Made by a program: the position numbers and the translations under genes. From positions 1,388 through 65,387 of IMG/VR virus record IMGVR_UViG_3300030202_003256: a stretch of DNA of 64,000 nt; one strand, 5' to 3'. The notes beneath the pieces are model-generated. The model was not told the origin of the DNA. It worked only from the letters and a program-made list of their open reading frames with translations, and did not search any database. How positions within the stretch are numbered: the first letter of the stretch is position 1; every line of letters begins with the position of its first letter. Source of the DNA: a virus (lineage: Duplodnaviria > Caudoviricetes). Shown here piece after piece: positions 29,345-38,774 of the stretch.

Positions 29345-30580
29345 TTATGATTTTCTTATTAATTCTTTATACCAGTCAGCTCTTTTTTCTGTGACGGTTT
29401 TTAGATTATAGTGTGGTACCATACTTTCGTGAAGTTTTTCACCAAGGTCTTCAACCAAAGACGGATTATCTATTAATCTTTTAACGTGTTGGAACCACTG
29501 TTTGTGGTTTTTATGTGTATCAACCAATAAAGAGTTACCTTTTGGGTCGATAGTTCCCCCTCTTTGTACAGCATTTACACAATCAACTGTATAAGGACCA
29601 AAATCCTGAGCTATTAAAGCTTTTTTATGGAACGCAGCTTCAATTACTTTTAACTGTGATTTTACCTTGTTAAATATATGTTCTTTTAGGGGAGCTATAC
29701 TAACATCAAAATAGTTATAGTTTGACGCGTAAGTAGTTATTGGTTTTGTCCAAACCCTTCTGTAGACAGAATCCAAATCACCACTAATACCTTTCTTCTG
29801 AAAACTTAATAGTTCATCCTTATATTCCCCATCAATTATCCTGTAATCATCTGTAAATAACTTTTCATACTTATACCACACAGATTCTTTAGGTGTTATT
29901 GGTCTTTGAGTTTGTTTACCAGTTCTTTCATCAAAAACAGTCATACTACCTCTTAAGTCATAACCACATAAAACAAATTGGAATTTGTCTTTTTTAGCTG
30001 ATTGTACTCTACCAGCTAAACCATGTAAAATATTTAAATCCTCTATGTGAGAAGAACCACCTAACCAACCAATCCTAACTTTATCTGATTTAGTTGGTTG
30101 TGGGATGTATTGTTTTTCTTCCATATCTACAGCATTAGGAAATACCTCTACATTTTTATTTTGTCTAGATATTTCTGAAGCAAAAACTTTAGTAGTTGTG
30201 GTAACATATCCAGCAAGTCTTATATTTTCTTGTATCTTTACATCGATACCATTCTTTTTGACTATGTGGTGTGCTGGATGGTCAGGAGTAGGTAACCAAT
30301 AGTCATCAATGTCCATAACATGGGGTATTCCCCATCCAGTTAATCTTTTTGCTACTGCTTTGGAGGCATCGTAGTCCGGACCAATACTTCTATGGTAATG
30401 TACTAAATCATACTGTTTCCACCACATATCATCATGATATGGTGGGTCATAAACAATATCCACCCAAAAATCTTCTGGATACATATTTTGTAAGTAAGTA
30501 TGTGGGTCTACAGACCTAAACTTTGACACCCCTGTTCTGTCACTTGGTAAAACGAGAATTTTATATTTTGATTTTTTCAT
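29345..30580 (-). CDS. Glycosyltransferase, GT-B (GT4-like)
   Basis: DIDDYW, IGWLGGSSH, IAPL..FNKVKSQLKVIEA. Confidence 0.8.
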   Translation of the reverse strand: MKKSKYKILVLPSDRTGVSKFRSVDPHTYLQNMYPEDFWVDIVYDPPYHDDMWWKQYDLVHYHRSIGPDYDASKAVAKRLTGWGIPHVMDIDDYWLPTPDHPAHHIVKKNGIDVKIQENIRLAGYVTTTTKVFASEISRQNKNVEVFPNAVDMEEKQYIPQPTKSDKVRIGWLGGSSHIEDLNILHGLAGRVQSAKKDKFQFVLCGYDLRGSMTVFDERTGKQTQRPITPKESVWYKYEKLFTDDYRIIDGEYKDELLSFQKKGISGDLDSVYRRVWTKPITTYASNYNYFDVSIAPLKEHIFNKVKSQLKVIEAAFHKKALIAQDFGPYTVDCVNAVQRGGTIDPKGNSLLVDTHKNHKQWFQHVKRLIDNPSLVEDLGEKLHESMVPHYNLKTVTEKRADWYKELIRKS

Positions 30581-30584
30581 ACTT

Positions 30585-30616
30585 CAATAATAAAGTATTA
30601 TATTGAATATGTCAAA
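30585..30616 (-). promoter_or_regulatory. Host-type promoter driving the glycan/accessory operon
   Basis: TTTG-N20-TATTATTG, also readable as TTGACA-N17-TATTAT; 4-6 nt before ATG 30580. Confidence 0.7.
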
Positions 30617-30631
30617 GGGGTTTAAGGGTAT

Positions 30632-31237
30632 TTATTTAACAGTTTTACTAGAAGTTATTTTCCCATAAAAAATCTTATCACCAACTCTGAATTGGAAATT
30701 TTCATCAGCATCTTTCTTAAGACCTATAGTCTCATTAAGTAATTCTTTTACTGATTCTTTAATTATAGATTTTAAATTTTTAGAAGTTATTTTTTTAGTA
30801 GATTTTGTTGTGGTTGGTTGTGGTACTTGTTGAGTTACCTGTTGTTCTGAAGAAGTTAATCCCTGTTTAGACATTTGTTCTTGTACACCAGATAAAAATT
30901 CTTCAGTTAATCCAACACCACCACCATTAAAAGGGATATCCGGTATAGGATTATCAATCATAGCTTTTTTAATCGCGTCAGGTAATCTAGAGCTGTTTAT
31001 CCTATCTTCGGTTAAATTTTTTTTTGGTGATAGGTCTTGCCTCCCAGAAGCCATATCAACACTAGGTAATGACTGAGGTATTTGTTGTTGTGGTGGTTGT
31101 GACATCAACCCACTAGAGTCAGTAAGATTAGCTTGTGATAAACTAACGTTTCCTTTTGAGAAGTTTCCAGCGTCTACCTTACCCATCACTTTTTTAGCGT
31201 TTATTAAAGATTGTTGTAATGTTGTCATATTTGCCAT
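30632..31237 (-). CDS. Hypothetical protein
   Basis: 201-aa ORF, Q-rich linker. Confidence 0.7.
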   Translation of the reverse strand: MANMTTLQQSLINAKKVMGKVDAGNFSKGNVSLSQANLTDSSGLMSQPPQQQIPQSLPSVDMASGRQDLSPKKNLTEDRINSSRLPDAIKKAMIDNPIPDIPFNGGGVGLTEEFLSGVQEQMSKQGLTSSEQQVTQQVPQPTTTKSTKKITSKNLKSIIKESVKELLNETIGLKKDADENFQFRVGDKIFYGKITSSKTVK

Positions 31238-31241
31238 AGTT

Positions 31242-31643
31242 TTAAAATTTTGAGTTGTACATCATTCTATCCATAGAATTATCTCCTGAAGGATTATATA
31301 GTGGAGGTTCACCAAAAGTCAAGAATAAACTATCATCACCTTTCTGAGGCTTCATACTTTTTATCCTATCAACCCTAAATAATCTCCAGTCTGGTAAAGG
31401 TATACCTTTTTCATTAACTTTTAAAGAGGGTCCAGAGGTTTGGTATGCTCGTACTACTGGGTTATTTTTTTTGGAATACCCATAAGCTACTGGTTGTATA
31501 ACTCTAACTTGACTTCCTTGTGGTAATTTTTCATCGTCCATATAACGTAATTCACAAGTGTGTTTATTAGTAATAGCATCTTTTATAACACTATTAGAAA
31601 CTTGTTCACTTAGTAAGTCTATTAAAGAGTTAAGTAAATTCAT
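31242..31643 (-). CDS. WYL-like domain protein
   Basis: AI..ELRY..RVIQPVAYG..RAYQ..WRLFRVDRI; start at ATG 31643. Confidence 0.7.
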   Translation of the reverse strand: MNLLNSLIDLLSEQVSNSVIKDAITNKHTCELRYMDDEKLPQGSQVRVIQPVAYGYSKKNNPVVRAYQTSGPSLKVNEKGIPLPDWRLFRVDRIKSMKPQKGDDSLFLTFGEPPLYNPSGDNSMDRMMYNSKF

Positions 31644-31644
31644 T

Positions 31645-32001
31645 TTAAGCTGGTGGTGTATTAGTAGAAGCAACAAATCCAGGACCTGAATCTAAATTTC
31701 CAGCACTGTACTCATTCTTTTTACTAAAAGCGTTAGTTTTTAAATTATTATTTCTTCCTGTGTTAGCTTCACCATTACCAAAAATATCTGTACGAGTACC
31801 TATATCCTCACCAAAAACGTCTAAGTAGTTGGCGTTACCCCTACCTTTATCGTCTCCGTTTGCTAAAGCATTTGGATGGTTAGCACTGTAACCATCACTA
31901 TCGGATACTGGATAAACATTCTTAACTAAGTTTTGATTTCTGTATTTTGCAGCTAATTCTGTTAATTTTTCACCTGGTTTGTTTTGTGTGTAATCTGGCA
32001 T
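31645..32001 (-). CDS. Hypothetical protein
   Basis: 118-aa ORF. Confidence 0.65.
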   Translation of the reverse strand: MPDYTQNKPGEKLTELAAKYRNQNLVKNVYPVSDSDGYSANHPNALANGDDKGRGNANYLDVFGEDIGTRTDIFGNGEANTGRNNNLKTNAFSKKNEYSAGNLDSGPGFVASTNTPPA

Positions 32002-32007
32002 AATTTT

Positions 32008-32463
32008 TTATTTTAAAAGTTGTTTTATTCTATCTATCTCTTCATAAATAGCTCTATTATTGTTTATATCATCACTTTTTGTAGCAATTTTTATTTTTCT
32101 GATTTTAGTTGGGTTTTTAGATTGGTCTTTAGTGTGTGATTTTTTAAAAACATTTTCCTCACCAGCATTTTGTCTAATTTTTTTTGATTTATAGACACCA
32201 TTTCTTCTATCGTTTAAAGAACTGTTTATAAAATTTAACATATCTTCACCACCTACAGTTTCATACTCTATACCTTCTAAATCATTCTCTAGTTCGTGTT
32301 TTAATTTTTTAGCTTGTGGATATGTAATGTACCCATCATTTACTATTGTATTACATCTATTATAACCCTTTTCATTTTTACCTAAAGACGATAAATTGTT
32401 CTTTAGTAATTCTAATAAAGGTTCCGGGATAGAATACTTATCATTTTTCAAATCCTTATTCAT
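32008..32463 (-). CDS. Hypothetical protein
   Basis: 151-aa ORF ending IYEEIDRIKQLLK. Confidence 0.65.
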   Translation of the reverse strand: MNKDLKNDKYSIPEPLLELLKNNLSSLGKNEKGYNRCNTIVNDGYITYPQAKKLKHELENDLEGIEYETVGGEDMLNFINSSLNDRRNGVYKSKKIRQNAGEENVFKKSHTKDQSKNPTKIRKIKIATKSDDINNNRAIYEEIDRIKQLLK

Positions 32464-33304
32464 CCCAGTACTCTTTTATTTTTTTACACATAGAATCAAC
32501 ATCATTAATTCCTTCAGCTTTTAATAATTTAACTAATTTTTTAATTAAATTAATAATTATTGTAGAAGATATTGTTGGTAATTGTTCCCTTATTTCACCA
32601 TCATTTGTTTTATTACTTAAAATAACCTCTAACATTTTTTTGACTTTATCTTCAGATATTTTTTTTAAACGTTCTTTTTCTGTCAGTCTTTGGTAGTTCT
32701 CACCCTTTTTATCTAAGTTTTCTGTTTTGCCCATACTTTCAGCTCTTTCTTTAGCCTCCTCAGTATCCATATCATGTTCTTTTTCAAAAAACTCTATAGT
32801 TTCTTCAGCGTCCATATCTTGAGTTTCATCAAAACCTAAAGTCTTACTTAAATCATTTTCCTCTATAGATTCACCGTAGTACCTTTTAAAGTAATGACCA
32901 CCACCACTCCAAGTACCAGCTTGTCTAGTTCCTTTCACAACATCATCTGTAGTTTTTTTAGAACTTAGTGATTTTACGTTTTCTGTACCAGGTGGTATTT
33001 TACTACTTTGCATTGAGCCATCAAAATCAATTAATTCATTAACTTCTTCTTCACTATCATTATCCTCGTCACCTGTTTCTAATATATCATCAACCAACTC
33101 CAAATGTTTTTCTTTGTCAGTAGTTTTAGATGCCTCGTCTAAACAAGTTGCTGTAAACCTATCAGATTTAGGTTCTATTTTAAATTTAAAAATCTCAGAC
33201 AACGCTAAAAAATCTAAAGAAGAAACATCTTTACCAGTAGATAAATCTTCCTTTATTACGCGAAGTTTCCCCAATACTTTTTCTATAGCTATAGCTCTTT
33301 TCAT
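32456..33304 (-). CDS. Acidic hypothetical protein
   Basis: 282-aa ORF with late motif upstream. Confidence 0.65.
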   Translation of the reverse strand: MKRAIAIEKVLGKLRVIKEDLSTGKDVSSLDFLALSEIFKFKIEPKSDRFTATCLDEASKTTDKEKHLELVDDILETGDEDNDSEEEVNELIDFDGSMQSSKIPPGTENVKSLSSKKTTDDVVKGTRQAGTWSGGGHYFKRYYGESIEENDLSKTLGFDETQDMDAEETIEFFEKEHDMDTEEAKERAESMGKTENLDKKGENYQRLTEKERLKKISEDKVKKMLEVILSNKTNDGEIREQLPTISSTIIINLIKKLVKLLKAEGINDVDSMCKKIKEYWDE

Positions 33305-33318
33305 TTTTTACGTTTATA

Positions 33319-33326
33319 TATAAATA
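33319..33326 (-). promoter_or_regulatory. Putative late promoter TATTTATA (leftward)
   Basis: 14 nt before ATG 33304. Confidence 0.6.
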
Positions 33327-33344
33327 TCTAAACCAATCAAATAG

Positions 33345-33352
33345 TATTTATT
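33345..33352 (+). promoter_or_regulatory. Putative late promoter TATTTATT (rightward)
   Basis: 5 nt before ATG 33358; back-to-back with the leftward copy. Confidence 0.55.
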
Positions 33353-33357
33353 ATTAT

Positions 33358-35571
33358 ATGGGAACACAAAATTTAAACAACTTTTATTTTAATAGGTTAG
33401 ATGGTAAACTAGATTATAGTTCTTACTATGATATATTTTTAGCTTCAGACGAAAAAGATTTTAACAGTGATGTTATCTGGTCTCCAAAGATAATTGATTA
33501 TGATAATGGAGAAAAGTTACCTGTATGGATAGACTTAAATACTACAGCCTCCACCCAACCAATAACAGATTGTAGTTACCAATACCCAACAGGTTTAACA
33601 CCTAGTTATTATACTGATAGTGGTTTTACACCTTTTGTTATTATAAGTAATAATAGTTGGCCTCACGCAAAATCTATGTGTGATTGTCCTTACACAGGTT
33701 TGGGATATACTATAAGCGATATTCTTTGGACTGGTTTAGATAACGGACTACTTAATCCCAAGGAAGTTTCAACAGGAAATTACTATATAGATTTATTTGA
33801 CGAGTTACCACCATCATTAATATATGATAAACAATCATATGACAAAAGGTTTAAAATGCACCAAGTAAAAGCCTATGGTTTTCCGTGGTGGGCTAATACA
33901 TTTTATACAGATACAACAATATTAAACAAGACAGATTATTCTGGGTACTACCAAGAACTAAAAGGTGGTTTCTATCAAGGATTTTATAAATTATATGGTT
34001 ATCCTTATGAGGTATTACCAACAAGACCTAAATGTGGGTGGTCATTTGAAACCTACCTTAAATTAAATACTATTTGTACTGATATTAATGGACCAGATTC
34101 ACCCTTAATTGAGGATGGCTTATCAACATACGGTGTTTACGGTAATTGTTACAATACTAGTGGTTGGTATAAGAATACTATGGGAGCTACTGGTGTAATA
34201 ACACCATTATGTAGTGCCAACCCAACAGCTTATACATATAGTTCAATTGGTCCAGAATACACTTTTAATTACAGTGCGTGGAACGGGTCCGGGATGACCA
34301 TAGGTAGGACAGATAAGTATGGTTTCTTTTTTTATAAAGGAATTAGAGCTGAAGATAAGTGGTTTCATGAAGATATGTCTTATTCTGCTTTTTCTGAGTG
34401 TGAAACTTTAACTGGTGAAACTAGTTGTTGTTATGAATGTGTGGAGACTGGGGTAGTTACTGATATATGTGATGGTCAAACAGGATTCACCACTAGTTTA
34501 GAAGACCCAGTTAAGCTGACAGGAGAAAATAAATCACCAACAGCCCAATATGATGTATACAGTAATGCAATTGGATTTAGAATTACTGATGATATGAGGA
34601 TTGGTTATAGAACTATTAGGTATACGGGTGGGTGTCAAACAACTGGAAGAACTATGTCTACTGAAATTGAAATGCAAGGGTACACTATTGATGGTCCGGA
34701 GGTGATTTCTGATTGTTATACTGGTAGTAGTTTTGATTGTGGGTATACGATAGAAGAAAGTTATTCTGAACCTATATGTGCTTTTATGACACGTAGTGGG
34801 GACTGTGCATCAAATTGGATACAGGTTGATGTGGTATTCAAAAGAAACATGTGTATGGAAGATTGTGAAATATACAACAATGGGGGAGTAAACGACCTGG
34901 TCAAGGTTAGAACAGACAGATTCCAAAGATACGGAAGACACGTAGAGACTGGTGGTGGACCTTTTGGTTGTCACCCTGAAACACCCTCAGAACCAAAACC
35001 AACCTGTAAAGATGAATATCCTTCTTTTATAGATGAGGCTTACTTTGATTTTACATGCCATGGAGCAAACGTACAACGGTGGTTCGACGAACACGAATAT
35101 AGAATGGGTACATTAACTTTTTATGTTAATGGTAGAAGGGTTCACGAAGTAAAAGATTATGAAGAAATAATACCTAGACAGTTAAATACAAATAAGCAAA
35201 CTCAGGTTGGTGTTGCTTACAACATGTCTTGGGGTGGTGGTGCTATGGGACTAAGAGAAAGTCTTATTACAGATATGGATGGGTGTACTAGTGGTTGTTG
35301 TTCAGCTTTAACATCTAATACTAGTAGTCTAATACAATGGTCCGGGGAAACAGACCAAAGACTAATTATGGAAAATTTTGCAGGTTCTTTTATCGGTGGT
35401 ATTTCACAAATGATGTACTACATAAAACCTTTAACCCCTGATGAGATTTATCATAATTTTTTAATAAATAAACAAAGATATAAACTTATAGATTGTGAGG
35501 AGTGTAAAAATTGTTACGATGGATGTGTAGACTGCAATTTAGAAAATAATCCACCACCATCAGCTTGTTAA
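33358..35571 (+). CDS. Cys-rich virion protein, probable LamG/concanavalin-like fold
   Basis: WSFETYL, LTFYVNG, FIGGISQMMYYIKPLTPDEI; many Cys. Confidence 0.6.
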   Translation: MGTQNLNNFYFNRLDGKLDYSSYYDIFLASDEKDFNSDVIWSPKIIDYDNGEKLPVWIDLNTTASTQPITDCSYQYPTGLTPSYYTDSGFTPFVIISNNSWPHAKSMCDCPYTGLGYTISDILWTGLDNGLLNPKEVSTGNYYIDLFDELPPSLIYDKQSYDKRFKMHQVKAYGFPWWANTFYTDTTILNKTDYSGYYQELKGGFYQGFYKLYGYPYEVLPTRPKCGWSFETYLKLNTICTDINGPDSPLIEDGLSTYGVYGNCYNTSGWYKNTMGATGVITPLCSANPTAYTYSSIGPEYTFNYSAWNGSGMTIGRTDKYGFFFYKGIRAEDKWFHEDMSYSAFSECETLTGETSCCYECVETGVVTDICDGQTGFTTSLEDPVKLTGENKSPTAQYDVYSNAIGFRITDDMRIGYRTIRYTGGCQTTGRTMSTEIEMQGYTIDGPEVISDCYTGSSFDCGYTIEESYSEPICAFMTRSGDCASNWIQVDVVFKRNMCMEDCEIYNNGGVNDLVKVRTDRFQRYGRHVETGGGPFGCHPETPSEPKPTCKDEYPSFIDEAYFDFTCHGANVQRWFDEHEYRMGTLTFYVNGRRVHEVKDYEEIIPRQLNTNKQTQVGVAYNMSWGGGAMGLRESLITDMDGCTSGCCSALTSNTSSLIQWSGETDQRLIMENFAGSFIGGISQMMYYIKPLTPDEIYHNFLINKQRYKLIDCEECKNCYDGCVDCNLENNPPPSAC

Positions 35572-35582
35572 ACTATTAATTA

Positions 35583-35590
35583 TATTTATA
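35583..35590 (+). promoter_or_regulatory. Putative late promoter TATTTATA
   Basis: 10 nt before ATG 35601. Confidence 0.6.
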
Positions 35591-35600
35591 TAATAAACAA

Positions 35601-35981
35601 ATGGAATTTTTTATACGAAAAGACTCAATAGAACCAATACTTAAAATGCAGCTTGTACAGGACGGAAGAAACGACTTTCAACACTTCCACGACAAGTTAA
35701 GCAATTCTAGCATATACTTTTCAATGAAAGATGAAAAAACAGGAATACCTAAGGTTTTAAATAGAACAGCTGGTATAGTAGCTAAAGAACCTACATCAGT
35801 AAATTCACCAACAGAATACTATATCTATTATCAGTGGACAAAAAAAGATGTAAAAAAAGTAGGTAGGTTTGAGGGACAATTTGTAATATACTTTCATGAT
35901 GACAACACAGAATTAATAGCACCTATAAGAGAAAATCTTTACATAAATATTAGTGATTCATTTGTTAAATCCCCTTGTTAA
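35601..35981 (+). CDS. BppU-N-like baseplate/fibre adaptor
   Basis: FFIRKDS.EP.L, YQW..DV..VG.FEGQF.I.F pattern. Confidence 0.55.
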   Translation: MEFFIRKDSIEPILKMQLVQDGRNDFQHFHDKLSNSSIYFSMKDEKTGIPKVLNRTAGIVAKEPTSVNSPTEYYIYYQWTKKDVKKVGRFEGQFVIYFHDDNTELIAPIRENLYINISDSFVKSPC

Positions 35982-35986
35982 TTTTT

Positions 35987-36018
35987 ATTGATTACTTTAC
36001 TTTTTTTATCTATCTTTG
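35987..36018 (+). promoter_or_regulatory. Bacteroidota-type housekeeping promoter for DNA polymerase
   Basis: aTTG-N20-TATCTTTG. Confidence 0.7.
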
Positions 36019-36029
36019 TGTGTAATCAC

Positions 36030-38774
36030 ATGCAAAAATTAGATAAAAAAAATATGATAGAAAAAGCTACCCCAGAAGAAATACAAGCGTTTTTGCTTGG
36101 TAATGACCCAGAAAAATATATTGTATCATTAGAGTATGGGTGGAGAAGTAGTAAAATATATAAAATAAAGGAAGACCCAAAAAAAGGTAAGATAATTGAA
36201 ACAGATACTTTTATTCCTTTTTGTTGGGTTGGTGATTTAAGTAAGAAAAATTTTTACAATGGTAGTAAAGAAGCTCAAAAACAGGCTATATCTAAACATG
36301 GTATTTTAATAGAAAAATTACACGCTGGTGACGATGAAAGATTAAATAATGGTCTAACCTATTTAATTAAAACAACAAAAACATATCGGGACCTAGTAAG
36401 TTTTTTTAGACAGGGAGGAATTAACCCTTGGGACAGTGACAATAGAGATGCTATTATGATTCTACCACCTATAGAACAGTATTTAGTACAAAAAGAAAAA
36501 AGATTATTTAAGGGTTTTGAAGAATACGATGATATACATAGATTCGTTTTTGACTTAGAAACAACAGCTTTAAACCCGGAAGATGGTAGAATTTTCATGA
36601 TTGGTATGAAAGATAATAGGGGGTTTGAAAAAGTTATAGAGATAGGTGAAAGTGAAATAGAAGAATCGGAAGCAATATATGAATTTTTTGATACTATAGA
36701 CATGTTAAGACCTACAATTATAGGTGGATACAACTCATCCAACTTCGACTGGAACTGGCTATTTAAAAGAGCTGAAATACTCCAAATGGATACCACTAGG
36801 TTTAAAACAATGAACCCTAATGAAGGTTATAAGATTAATGATGGTGTTTTAAAATTAGGGGCTGAAATAGAAGATTATAAACAAATAAAAATTTGGGGTT
36901 ACAATTCATTAGATATAGCACATTCTGTTAGGCGTGCACAAACAATTAATTCTGAAATAAAGAGTTGGGGGTTAAAGTACATAACACAATTTTCTAATTC
37001 TGAAAAACCTAACCGGGTTTATGTTGATGGTGATAAAATTGCGTCAACATACAGAGAAAATAAAGAATTTTATTTAAATGTTGAAAACGGTAAATATAAA
37101 CCAGTAGGTGGTGAGGGGTTATTTGACATAGACAAAAAATACCCAAAGGTTTATAAAAAGGTTGGGGGTGCTGAAATTGTTGAGAGGTACCTAATGGATG
37201 ATTTATGGGAAACCATGGAAGTAGACGGTCAGTTTAACCAAGCATCCTTCTTACTAGCTAGTATGGTACCAACTTCATATGAAAGAGTGTCTACGATGGG
37301 TACCGCAACTTTATGGAAAATGTTAATGTTAGCTTGGTCCTACCATAAAGGATTAGCTGTCCCAGCTAAAGATTCTAAAAGACCTTTTGTTGGAGGACTC
37401 TCAAGACTTGTAAAAACAGGATATTCCACCAACGTACTGAAATTAGATTTTAGTTCACTATACCCATCAATACAATTAGTACATAATGTTTTTCCTGAAT
37501 GTGATATCACAGATGCTATGAAAGGGATGTTAAAATACTTCAGAGATACTAGGATTATGTATAAAAATTTGGCTTCAGAATACTACACTAAAGACAAAAA
37601 GAAATCTGAGTCTTACGGTAGAAAACAGCTACCGATTAAGATTTTTATTAATTCAATGTTTGGTTCTTTATCTGCCCCACAAGTTTTTCCTTGGGGTGAT
37701 ATGAATATGGGTGAAAAAGTAACCTGTACAGCTAGACAATACTTAAGACAAATGGTTAGGTTTTTTATGGCTAAAGGTTACGACCCATTAGTTATGGATA
37801 CGGATGGTGTTAACTTTTCTTGTCCCCTAGATGTGGAAGAGAGGTCTTATGTTGGTTTGGGTAATAATGAATTAGTTAAAGAAGGTAAGGAGTATAAAGG
37901 TAGTGAGGCAGATGTTGCAGAATATAACGACTTATTTATGAGGGGAGAAATGGGATTAGATACAGACGGACAATGGCCTTCTTGTATTAATGTAGCTAGA
38001 AAAAATTACGCTTTACTAATGTCAAGTGGAAAAGTTAAATTAACAGGTAATTCAATTAAATCTAAAAAAATACAAGGTTATTTAGAAACTTTTATTGATA
38101 AGGGTTTAAGAATGTTATTAGAAGGTAGGGGTGGTGATTTTGTAGAGTATTACTATGAGTATTTACAAAAAATATACGATAGAGATATATTACTTGCAAA
38201 GATAGCTAATAAATCTAGAGTAAAACAAACTATAGAATCCTACAAAAAAAGGTGTACCCAAAGAACAAAGGCTGGAAATCTAATGGCTAGACAAGCACAT
38301 ATGGAATTGGTTATAGCTAATAATGTTTCGGTATCTTTAGGTGATACAATTTATTATGTAAACAATGGTACAGCTATGTCACATGGTGATGTCCAAAGAA
38401 AAAAGAAAAAAGATGGGACAGAAGAAATTGTTTTAAATTCTTATTTAATTTCTGAAAATGATTTAGAGAATGGGATGAAGGGTGAGTACAATGTACCAAG
38501 ATATATATCTACATTTAATAAAAGGGTAGAACCACTGTTGGTGTGTTTTAAACCAGAAGTCCGAGACTCACTATTAAAGAAAAAACCAGAGGATAGAGAG
38601 TATTACACCAACACACAGTGTGAATTAATTAATGGGGTACCACGAAAAGCTGGAGACCAAGACTCTTTAGAAGAAATTTTAACTTTATCCCGGGAAGAAA
38701 AAGATTATTGGGTGAATACGGAAACTAGTGAAAATTATTTTATGGAGGAATTAGGAATTCTTGAGTCCGTCTGA
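36030..38774 (+). CDS. polB: DNA polymerase family B with 3'-5' exonuclease
   Basis: DLETT, GYNSSNFD, YLMDD, LDFSSLYPS, KIFINSMFG, MDTDG, KNYA; start ATG 36030 (or 36054). Confidence 0.95.
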   Translation: MQKLDKKNMIEKATPEEIQAFLLGNDPEKYIVSLEYGWRSSKIYKIKEDPKKGKIIETDTFIPFCWVGDLSKKNFYNGSKEAQKQAISKHGILIEKLHAGDDERLNNGLTYLIKTTKTYRDLVSFFRQGGINPWDSDNRDAIMILPPIEQYLVQKEKRLFKGFEEYDDIHRFVFDLETTALNPEDGRIFMIGMKDNRGFEKVIEIGESEIEESEAIYEFFDTIDMLRPTIIGGYNSSNFDWNWLFKRAEILQMDTTRFKTMNPNEGYKINDGVLKLGAEIEDYKQIKIWGYNSLDIAHSVRRAQTINSEIKSWGLKYITQFSNSEKPNRVYVDGDKIASTYRENKEFYLNVENGKYKPVGGEGLFDIDKKYPKVYKKVGGAEIVERYLMDDLWETMEVDGQFNQASFLLASMVPTSYERVSTMGTATLWKMLMLAWSYHKGLAVPAKDSKRPFVGGLSRLVKTGYSTNVLKLDFSSLYPSIQLVHNVFPECDITDAMKGMLKYFRDTRIMYKNLASEYYTKDKKKSESYGRKQLPIKIFINSMFGSLSAPQVFPWGDMNMGEKVTCTARQYLRQMVRFFMAKGYDPLVMDTDGVNFSCPLDVEERSYVGLGNNELVKEGKEYKGSEADVAEYNDLFMRGEMGLDTDGQWPSCINVARKNYALLMSSGKVKLTGNSIKSKKIQGYLETFIDKGLRMLLEGRGGDFVEYYYEYLQKIYDRDILLAKIANKSRVKQTIESYKKRCTQRTKAGNLMARQAHMELVIANNVSVSLGDTIYYVNNGTAMSHGDVQRKKKKDGTEEIVLNSYLISENDLENGMKGEYNVPRYISTFNKRVEPLLVCFKPEVRDSLLKKKPEDREYYTNTQCELINGVPRKAGDQDSLEEILTLSREEKDYWVNTETSENYFMEELGILESV

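Noticed and set aside
8769-30580. Bacterial O-antigen/capsule locus (host DNA or chimeric assembly)
   Set aside because: No flippase, polymerase or initiating transferase; interleaved and translationally coupled with phage genes (sigma, phoH, dut)
33319-33352. Reading TATAAATA copies as T4-type promoters firing on the opposite strand
   Set aside because: In all 16 cases the TATTTAT orientation points into an adjacent start codon, whereas the T4 orientation points away from it
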